This document shows positions 25,508-32,000 of a DNA stretch of 32,000 nucleotides, piece by piece. Made by a program: the position numbers and the translations under genes. Below the pieces are notes generated by a model, which was not told the origin of the DNA, made no database searches, and was given only the letters and a program-made list of their open reading frames with translations. Source of the stretch: Candidatus Methylomirabilis oxygeniifera (GTDB taxonomy: Bacteria > Methylomirabilota > Methylomirabilia > Methylomirabilales > Methylomirabilaceae); the NCBI GenBank assembly GCA_000091165.1, contig FP565575.1:1020001-1052000 (forward strand), in the 5' to 3' direction. Numbering within the stretch: position 1 is the first letter of the stretch; the number at the start of each line of letters is the position of its first letter.

Positions 25508-27915
25508 TCAGTTTCTCAGCGGCTTGCCGGTCTTCAGCATATGCTGCATCCGTTCCTGGGACTTACGCTCGCCGCACAGACTCAGGAAGGCCTCTCGCTC
25601 CAGATCCAGAAGGTACGCCTCGCTGACCAGGGTCCCAGGCACTACATCGCCGCCTGCCAGGACGCCGACAAGCTTTTTGGCGATCAGTTCGTCGTGGCCG
25701 CTGATATACCCCCCGCACTTCATATTATACAACTGCGTAGAGGCCGCGGCTATGGCACGCGTCCCCAGAACCCTGATGTCATCTTTTGGCTGAGGGGGGT
25801 ATATCCTTCAGCAACTAATCCAAGCGCCACCTGCTTTGCGTCGTGCAACAGGTGATCCTGGTTCATCGTGAAACCGTCTGTTCGCCTCAGATAGCCCAGC
25901 CGCTGCGCGTCTCTTGCGCTGGTAGAGACCTTGGCGAAGGCGATCGTCTCAAAGGCGTGGCGGACAAACGGCAGCAGATCGACCTCAGCCCCATCCGGGA
26001 TCCCTTCCAGACTCCGGAGCAACATCTCCTTACAGCCGCCGGCCGCAGGGATGATGCCGACGCCTGCTTCCACAAGTCCGATGTAGGTTTCAGCGGCAGC
26101 GCGGACTCTGGCGGTGTGCAGGCAGATCTCGCACCCGCCGCCGAGGGTCATAGAGAATGGGGCTGCGACCACCGGCTTCTCGAAATACTTGAGCGCCATG
26201 TTGGCGCCCTGGAAGGCTCGTATCATCAGTTCGATGTCGTCCCAGTTCTCCTCCTGGGCCTCGAAGAGAATGGCCATCAGGTTCGCGCCGACGCAAAAGT
26301 GTCTTCCCTGATTTCCGATCACGAGGGCGTCAAATCGCTCGGCGCACTGCTGTAAACTTGTTCGCATCATCTGGAGGATATCAGGACCGACAGTGTTGTT
26401 CTTGGAATGAAACTGCAGACACGCGACCCCATCCCCCAAGTCGAGGAGCGACGCACCGGGATTGCGGGTCACCACCTGTTGCCGCTCGTGCAATATTCGG
26501 AGATGAATGATTCCAGACCGCTCCGGGATCTCAACCTGTGTGGCCGCTCCGCGGTCAAAGGCGTACTGCCGTCCCGCCTCCCGACGGTAGAAGCTGTGCG
26601 CGCCGCTCTGAAACAGCGCAGTCACCAGCGGGGGGATGGTCTTGCCCTCTTGCGCCATCCTGGCGCTCGCCTTCTCGACCCCCAGCGCGTCCCACAGCTC
26701 GAACGGCCCCAGTTCCCATCCGAGGCCCCACTTCATGGCCTGGTCTACACTGACGATGTCATCGGCGATCTCAGGAATACGATCTGCAGCGTAGAGTAGT
26801 GTTTCGCATAGGAGCTGCCATACGTAGCGGCCGGCACGATCATCGGCATAGGCAACCGCTCGAAGTCGCTCGCCTGGATCTTCAATCCCTTGGGTCATGT
26901 TGAGTGAAGGGAAGGCTATTGGTCGCTGCTGCCCATACTCCATCGTGCGATAGTCGAGGACCAGGATTTCGCTTCCGTTGGCCCCCTTGATACGTTTATA
27001 GAACCCTTGCCCGGCCTTCTCGCCTAACCAGCCGCGTTTCACCAGTTCCGGAAGAAACGGCGGAAGAGTATAGGCCGCCCGTTCCGGGGCGTCCGGGAGA
27101 GCGTCGGCCATATAGGCGGCAATATGCGCCACCGTATCAAGGCCAACGAGGTCGGCTGTCCGAAACGTGGCGGTCTTGGGACGCCCGATCGCGCTTCCGG
27201 TCAGTCGGTCCACCTCCTCGATTGAATAGTCACCCTCAATCATCAGTCGCATGGCGGTGAAGAGGCCGAAGGCGGCAATCCGGTTCGCGATAAAGTTGGG
27301 AGTATCCTTGGCGAAGACGATCCCCTTACCCAGCGTCCGTTCCGCAAAGGTCGGCATCCGCTGCATCACCTCCGGGAGTGTGTCGGGGCCGGGGATCAGT
27401 TCGAGGAGTTTCATATACCGCGGAGGATTAAAGAAGTGCGTGCCGAGAAAGTGCCGACGGAAGTCGTCAGACCGTCCCTCAGCCAACAGCCGGATCGGGA
27501 TCCCCGAGGTGTTGCTGCTGATGAGGGTTCCCGGTCTACGGTGGGCTTCAACCTTGGCAAAGAGCGCCTGCTTGATCTCGAGCCGTTCGGGGGCCGCCTC
27601 GATGATCCAGTCGACCTCAGAGAGCCGCCCGAGATGATCGTCGATATTCCCGACAGTAATCAGGCGGGCGTCTTTGGCCGAGAAGAAAGCGGGCGGAGAG
27701 GCCTTGAGAGCGGTGTCGAGACCTTTGGCCGCGACACGATTGCGGAACGCAGAGCTTTCCCTGCTGAGTCCTTTGCGCCGATCTTCCTCGCTCAGCTCCG
27801 GCGGGACGATATCGAGGAGGTGGGTGGGGACCCCGACATTGGCGAGGTGGGCGGCGATGCCGCTCCCCATCACGCCCGCCCCCAGAACCGCTACCCGCTT
27901 GATACGAAAGGCCAT
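25508..27915 (-). pseudogene. fadN: 3-hydroxyacyl-CoA dehydrogenase / enoyl-CoA hydratase (FadN-type, about 800 aa) interrupted by a 1-nt frameshift
   Basis: N-terminal Rossmann motif RVAVLGAGVMGSGIAAHLA. The main ORF stops at 25750. The -1 frame continues YPPQPKDDIRVLGTRAIAAASTQLYNMKCGGYISGHDE...YLLDLEREAFLSLCGERKSQERMQHMLKTGKPLRN, the canonical family C-terminus, to 25508. The shift maps to the G6 run at 25794-25799. ATG 27915 has a GAGGA RBS. Confidence 0.8.
25794..25799 (-). other. Homopolymer (C6 on the coding strand) at which the fadN reading frame is lost
   Basis: GGA TAT ACC CCC CTC... A seventh C would give Y-T-P-P-Q-P-K-D-D-I-R-V-L-G, contiguous with the downstream ORF. Confidence 0.75.
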
Positions 27916-27936
27916 CGTTTCCTCGATTCCCCCCAT

Positions 27937-27967
27937 GTCATTGCGAGCCGCAGGCAAAGCAATCTCA
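27937..27967 (+). repeat. Single REP unit of the CATTGCGAG...AGCAATCT family upstream of fadN
   Basis: GTCATTGCGAGCcgcaggcaaAGCAATCTC. Confidence 0.7.
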
Positions 27968-28084
27968 CGGTACTTCGTTATCTAGAATAGTGGAGTGGCG
28001 ACAGGTTGTAAAGGCGAATCACCGTAGTCTGCGCAGTCTGGACGGCTGTAAAAGGCTGGCTTCATACAAACTCTTCGACCCGTT

Positions 28085-28105
28085 TATCCTGAGCCTGTCG
28101 AAGGA
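28085..28105 (+). repeat. REP unit of the ATCCTGAGC-N-GTCGAAGG family
   Basis: TATCCTGAGCCTGTCGAAGGA. Related copies at 29619-29646 and 29738-29760. Confidence 0.65.
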
Positions 28106-28334
28106 AGCCGATCCAAGCCCAGAACTATGAGAGAATGTTGGTGGGGAGTGATGAGCATGCGCTATGGTCTGGCGCAACACGAGAGGGTGACGTTTTACTT
28201 GCTGCTGGCGACGAGGCCGCTCCACCCAGAGGCGTCGTCGATCAGGTTGCTGCCCAACGAGGTGACGGTGCGAGGGTGGGGTGAGGAGGCAGAAAGGAAA
28301 CGGAACGCAATAGGGCACCTATCGGCCCGCCACG

Positions 28335-28529
28335 TCACCCCCCGCAGCAGCGCTTGGCCTTCAGGCCGCTGCCGCAGGGGCAGGGCGCATTGCGGCCGAC
28401 GGCGGCTGGGCTCGTGGACGGGTCGGGTCGGCCCCATGTCAGTGCGACGGCCCCCCAGTACAGCAGCAGCGCGAAGAAGCCGCGCCCCATAAACTCGAAG
28501 AAGGCATAGAGCCAGTCGAAGAGGATCAT
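28335..28529 (-). CDS. Small membrane protein with C-terminal SEC-C zinc-binding motif
   Basis: 64 aa. Hydrophobic N-terminus MILFDWLYAFFEFMGRGFFALLLYWGAVALTW, then CPCGSGLKAKRCCGG (SEC-C CxC...CC pattern). The ATG overlaps the upstream stop (ATGA, 28526-28529). Confidence 0.6.
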   Translation of the reverse strand: MILFDWLYAFFEFMGRGFFALLLYWGAVALTWGRPDPSTSPAAVGRNAPCPCGSGLKAKRCCGG

Positions 28530-29068
28530 CTTGGAGCGAGAGTAGTCGGTCGAGATAGCGATGCCGCCCGTAGTCGGGTCGGCCAGAGCTTCGTGTACTC
28601 AATGGTCACGAGGAAGGCGACAAGATCGGTCAGAACCAGCAGGCCGAGGCTCCAGGCGAGGGCCCGGCTACGCCGCCGCCAGGACCAACCGGGCGTTGCC
28701 AGGATCAGCGCGGCCAGGAGGGCGGGGGGGTACTGCCCGACGGTATCGCGCAACGGCTGCCGGATCGCGTCCACCGCATTGGGAGCCCGGCGCCGGAACG
28801 GCCGCTCGGCTACGACGGCGGTGCCTTCGACGAGGTAGCGGGTGTCGGGCGCCGATTCCAGCAGCGGCATGAGCGGGCGCGCGAGGCCGGCGAGCAGGTG
28901 GGCGTACACGGGCGCGAGGGCCAGCCAGAGCAGCGCGAGGAGGAGGAAGCTCCCGGCGAAGCGCAGGAGGGCGCCTCTCCAGTTCCCCCTAAGCGCCTGG
29001 ACGAAGCCGGGTAATCCAGCCGAGCCAGCAGGCGGCGACGACAACGAGGAAGAGGGCTTGCCAGACAT
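28526..29068 (-). CDS. Hypothetical integral membrane protein, exosortase-adjacent
   Basis: 180 aa with 3-4 predicted hydrophobic helices (LLRFAGSFLLLALLWLALAPVYAHLLAGL; ALLAALILATPGW; LAWSLGLLVLTDLVAFLVTI). The only ATG start gives an 80-nt overlap with xrtH. No motif recognised. Confidence 0.45.
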   Translation of the reverse strand: MSGKPSSSLSSPPAGSAGLPGFVQALRGNWRGALLRFAGSFLLLALLWLALAPVYAHLLAGLARPLMPLLESAPDTRYLVEGTAVVAERPFRRRAPNAVDAIRQPLRDTVGQYPPALLAALILATPGWSWRRRSRALAWSLGLLVLTDLVAFLVTIEYTKLWPTRLRAASLSRPTTLAPR

Positions 29069-29579
29069 AGAGATGCGCGGCCTGAAAACCGCCGGGCCAG
29101 TAGCGCCCGAGGGCGAGCAGGCTCACGACCCGGAGGAGGTTGACGACATAGAGAACCGCAGCCCCGAGGAGAAAGCCGGCCAGTCGCAGGCGGAATGAGG
29201 CCGGGTAGGCCAGAACCGCCGCCCCGTAGAGGCCGATTTCATAAAGGGCGTTACAATTATTCTTGATCTCGACCGCAAAGCCGGGGATGCCGACGGACGC
29301 TCCGGAGACCGAGGCCTGAACGCCGGCGCCTCGCAGCAGCCCGTGCGTGAGCCACGCAATCCATCGGGTGGAGGGGACCACGATCAGGTCATTCAGCCCA
29401 TAAAGGAAGAGGAACGCTGCGATGGTATACGCCGAGAAGCGGAGGCAGAAGCGCACGCCCTCCCGGTGCTGCCGGAGCCATCCCCCTAACCGACCTCTCG
29501 TTTGGGTTCCGTGCATGGAGAAACGTATAGCGGAAAGTCGATTGCCCGTCAACAGGAAATAGGGTGAGGTCGGCGCCAC
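28989..29579 (-). CDS. xrtH: Exosortase/archaeosortase-family transpeptidase, short XrtH-like form
   Basis: Polytopic protein. Cys in VEIKNNCNALYEIGLY, Arg in VNLLRVVSL and His in QAAHLYVW, in the canonical Cys...Arg...His order. 175-196 aa. GTG 29579 or ATG 29516 start. An IPTL-CTERM substrate gene is nearby. Confidence 0.7.
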   Translation of the reverse strand: MAPTSPYFLLTGNRLSAIRFSMHGTQTRGRLGGWLRQHREGVRFCLRFSAYTIAAFLFLYGLNDLIVVPSTRWIAWLTHGLLRGAGVQASVSGASVGIPGFAVEIKNNCNALYEIGLYGAAVLAYPASFRLRLAGFLLGAAVLYVVNLLRVVSLLALGRYWPGGFQAAHLYVWQALFLVVVAACWLGWITRLRPGA

Positions 29580-29591
29580 CCGACGGCGACG

Positions 29592-29760
29592 CGTCGTTGC
29601 GAGTAGATTCGCGGAGTCTATCCTGAGCGAAGCCGAAGGGCTCAGGGCTTCGGTTTATTGGTCACTCGCAATGACAAGGCGTTGGGGCGTGTCTTCCCCG
29701 CAGACTCTCATGGCCACGGGCGCGCCGCCGGAGGTCCTGTCCTGAGCCCTGTCGAAGGGC
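29592..29760. repeat. Dense cluster of REP units from two families between xrtH and vapC
   Basis: CGTCGTTGCGAGtagATTCGC (29592-29612). CCTGAGC-N11-GCTCAGG hairpin (29622-29646). TTATTGGTCACTCGCAATGAC (29655-29675, inverted unit). TGTCCTGAGCCCTGTCGAAGGGC (29738-29760). Confidence 0.7.
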
Positions 29761-29796
29761 CAACAGGCCGCCGCCTCGTCCATTATATCTGGCGGA

Positions 29797-30207
29797 TTAA
29801 CGAGGTACCGGCAGATCGAGGAATTGGGCCGGGGTGACGATCGTGGTGCCGCGGTAGGATCCTAGAGGCAGCAGATGCTCTTTATCACCAGTGACCAGGA
29901 ACTCCGCCTGCGCCGCAGCCACACACTCCAAGATGCGGTTATCATCATCGTTGGCTGTCACGACGGTAATCCGCTCTGTGGGTGTCATCACATGGGCCAT
30001 GGCACGGATTGCATTGACCCGAATGTCCGCCTCCTTTTTCGCGAAGCGGAATGTCTCTCGCAGAACGCGGTCGAGCTCGGACAGGATGAAAGGGGAGATG
30101 AACAGCTCGATTTCTCCTCTGCGGATGCGATACAGGATTTGATCCGGCTTGCTCCCCGGGAAAGCCAGGGCGGAGATCAAGACATTGGTGTCAAGGACAA
30201 TCCGCAT
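29797..30207 (-). CDS. vapC: PIN-domain toxin (VapC-like ribonuclease)
   Basis: MRIVLDTNVLISAL (first acidic residue), SELDRVL, ANDDDNRILE, LVTGDKEHL. 136 aa. Confidence 0.85.
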   Translation of the reverse strand: MRIVLDTNVLISALAFPGSKPDQILYRIRRGEIELFISPFILSELDRVLRETFRFAKKEADIRVNAIRAMAHVMTPTERITVVTANDDDNRILECVAAAQAEFLVTGDKEHLLPLGSYRGTTIVTPAQFLDLPVPR

Positions 30208-30219
30208 GGTGTGGTGGGC

Positions 30220-30456
30220 TTATTTGCGGACCGCGTGCACGATTCGATCCACATCCTCCTCCGTTCTGATTCCGAGCGCCTGGGCGTGGAGGGCGGTCTT
30301 GCGCTGAAGTTTCCGCCAGCGTTGGTCCTCAAGGTACAGGCGCAAGGCTTCCCGGAGGAGTTCGCTCTTCGTTCGATTTTCCTCCTTGGCTGTTCGTTCG
30401 GCCTCTCTGCTGAGCTTAGGCGGAAGCGAAATAGTCCATGTCTTGGTGGTGCGCAT
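30220..30456 (-). CDS. Ribbon-helix-helix (CopG/Arc/MetJ-type) antitoxin
   Basis: 78 aa. TISLPPKLSREAERTAKEENRTKSELLREALRLYL. GGAGGTG RBS. 12 nt upstream of vapC. Confidence 0.8.
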   Translation of the reverse strand: MRTTKTWTISLPPKLSREAERTAKEENRTKSELLREALRLYLEDQRWRKLQRKTALHAQALGIRTEEDVDRIVHAVRK

Positions 30457-30479
30457 CGTGTCACCTCCTGTTCGGTTGA

Positions 30480-30520
30480 ATCTTACTTAGTAAGATATGA
30501 TGTTATTACAGAGATGTCAA
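30480..30520 (-). promoter_or_regulatory. TA-operon promoter with a 17-bp perfect palindromic operator overlapping the -10
   Basis: On the minus strand: -35 TTGACA (30520-30515), 17-nt spacer, -10 TATCTT (30497-30492). Palindrome ATCTTACT-T-AGTAAGAT at 30480-30496. Confidence 0.55.
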
Positions 30521-30621
30521 GGGGGTCAGTATAGTCTGATGCTCCATTCGAGAGTCTGAGTATGGCACGAGGGCTAGGGAGCGGTCGGATGGCTGGGGGG
30601 CGCGGAGCCGAAGGCGATGGG

Positions 30622-32000
30622 CTACGCGGGACGGACGTGGCGGCGCAGGGCGAGGAGGCCGCCGCCGACCAGGAGCGCGACCATGGCAAGCTGCGCCCAC
30701 TCCGACAGGGTGGGAATCGCCTGAGTCCCGACGGCAGTCAGCGTGACATCGTTGCTGCCCACGTACGAAATGTGGAATTGCGTGCTGCCGACCGTGAACG
30801 TCGCGCCCTCGGGCAATCCGGCGAACGTTCCCGTCACGGCGTCGGTACTGTCATTGTTGATGATCGTGAACACTTGCCCTGCTGTCGGCGTGAAGCCGAG
30901 GACCACGTTCAGCGTGGCGCCACCGAGGGTCACCGTCCCCGTCACGTTGACCTGGTCGTACTGCGTCCCGACCGTGGGGCCGTTGATCTCGATGGTCAGC
31001 GTGCTGCCGGAAGTCAGCGTCAGGTTGCCGGTGTTCATGATCCCGGTCGAAAGCCCGGGGCCCAGTGTGCCGCCGTTGTTCACGGTCACGGCATTGAACG
31101 TGCCCGTGCCGCCGAGCGTGCCGCCCGAGTTCACCGTCACCGGCGAGGCGATCGACCCGTTGACCGCGAGCGTCCCCGCGTTCACGGTCGTGGCGCCGGT
31201 GTAGGTGTTCGCGCCCGAGAGCGTCAGCGTGCCGGTGCCGGCCTTGGTCAGCGCCGCCGCGCCGCCGCTGTTCTGATACACGCCGGAGAAGGTGGTGCTG
31301 GTGTTGTCGCCGCCGACGGTCAGCGCGTTGCTGCCGTTCATAAATACGTTGCCGCCCCCGGCCAGCGAGCCGATGGTGCTGGCGGCCTGGAAGAGCGCGC
31401 TGCCGTTGACGGTGAGCGCGCTGCTGGTCGGGACGGCACCATTGACATCAAATCGGACGCGTGCGGTGCCACTAACGGTGGTCGCGCCGGTGTACGAGTT
31501 GACGGTGAGGAGCTGGAGGCCGTCGGTTGGCCCCGTGCTCGATAGCGTAAGAGGACCCGTTCCAGTGATGGCGCCTGTGAAATGCAAAGCGTCGGCATTG
31601 CCGCCTGAGGTAGCCAGCGAGAAGGTGGTCGAGCCGTTAAGTGTCACCCCAGGAACACTGTCAGCCGGGCTGGTGTTGGCGTTATTGAAGGTATCGGTGA
31701 TGGTGCCGCCGCTTTGGAGCACGATCGGGCCGCCGGCAATTGCCAGGATGCCGCCACCGCCGTTGCAGGAATTCATCGTGAGGGAATGCAGTTGAACTGT
31801 GGACGGCAGATCGTAATTCGTGGGACACGCGGCCCCGCCCGCCCCTTGGCTCATATCGATGACGACATCGTCGCCTGTCCCCGGCGCGCCCGCCGGAGTC
31901 CAGCAGGCGCTGGTTGACCAGTTCGAGCCCAAAGGACAGCCACCGACACTGCCATTCAGGTTTTTGGTGGCGGCGAAGGCTGGCGTGGGAGGCAGCAATA
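30622..32000 (-). CDS. PATR (autotransporter-associated beta-strand) repeat surface protein with IPTLxxWG-CTERM sorting domain; N-terminus lies beyond the window
   Basis: Repeats such as KAGTGTLTLSGANTYTGATTVNAGTLAVNGSI. The C-terminus is AIPTLSEWAQLAMVALLVGGGLLALRRHVRPA. The ORF is open to base 32000. Confidence 0.8.
   Translation of the reverse strand, partial: LLPPTPAFAATKNLNGSVGGCPLGSNWSTSACWTPAGAPGTGDDVVIDMSQGAGGAACPTNYDLPSTVQLHSLTMNSCNGGGGILAIAGGPIVLQSGGTITDTFNNANTSPADSVPGVTLNGSTTFSLATSGGNADALHFTGAITGTGPLTLSSTGPTDGLQLLTVNSYTGATTVSGTARVRFDVNGAVPTSSALTVNGSALFQAASTIGSLAGGGNVFMNGSNALTVGGDNTSTTFSGVYQNSGGAAALTKAGTGTLTLSGANTYTGATTVNAGTLAVNGSIASPVTVNSGGTLGGTGTFNAVTVNNGGTLGPGLSTGIMNTGNLTLTSGSTLTIEINGPTVGTQYDQVNVTGTVTLGGATLNVVLGFTPTAGQVFTIINNDSTDAVTGTFAGLPEGATFTVGSTQFHISYVGSNDVTLTAVGTQAIPTLSEWAQLAMVALLVGGGLLALRRHVRPA
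30625..30717 (-). other. IPTLxxWG-CTERM sorting signal (motif + TM helix + basic tail)
   Basis: IPTLSEW-AQ, LAMVALLVGGGLLAL, RRHVRPA. This is the tripartite architecture of exosortase substrates. Confidence 0.8.

Noticed and set aside
28019-28602. ORFs of 99, 121 and 135 aa in the spacer downstream of the SEC-C gene
   Set aside because: They overlap each other and REP units; for example, SFDRLRINGS is a translated repeat. They are Arg-rich with no RBS or motif, so I treat them as non-coding.
30562-31545. 327-aa plus-strand ORF opposite the PATR-repeat gene
   Set aside because: Its composition is Arg/Gly/Ala-dominated (RGAGVGVRARERQRAGAGLGQRRRAAA…), the mirror of the G/T/N-rich repeats on the other strand. 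The minus-strand product has clear PATR and IPTL-CTERM signatures.

Overview
This is a densely coding bacterial chromosomal segment of about 60% GC with roughly 27 credible genes. I saw no rRNA, tRNA or CRISPR array by eye. All homology statements come from motif recognition by eye, not database searches.

- **1-9.6 kb:** housekeeping genes. These are the 3' end of an HflX-like GTPase, pgsA, an AMP-forming acetyl/acyl-CoA synthetase, der, ychF, a YprB-type RNase H-fold exonuclease, mtaB ATGA-coupled to mtnP, and a PfkB kinase.
- **9.6-15.6 kb:** a propionyl-CoA to succinyl-CoA module. It comprises pccB, biotin carboxylase, a separate BCCP, the methylmalonyl-CoA mutase catalytic subunit and the epimerase.
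- **15.7-19.6 kb:** a secreted FG-GAP repeat protein, a FadL-family outer-membrane channel and bacterioferritin.
- **19.7-21.7 kb:** a lower-GC orphan gene for a degenerate restriction-endonuclease-like / winged-helix / TPR protein, beside an AT-rich divergent promoter region, followed by moaD-moaE.
- **22.4-27.9 kb (minus strand):** a beta-oxidation operon, fadN (frameshifted at a G6 run)-fadA-fadE.
- **28.3-32 kb (minus strand):** an accessory block. It holds a short XrtH-like exosortase, two uncharacterised membrane partners (one with a SEC-C motif), a PIN/RHH toxin-antitoxin pair with a palindromic operator, and a PATR-repeat surface protein ending in an IPTLxxWG-CTERM sorting signal.

The non-coding DNA is unusually structured. 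There are three intercistronic heptamer-tandem palindromes, two of them G3N4-type with G-quadruplex potential, plus several REP-like palindromic repeat families.

The most interesting candidates are the exosortase/SEC-C/IPTL-CTERM block, the heptamer palindromes and the orphan REase-like/TPR gene.
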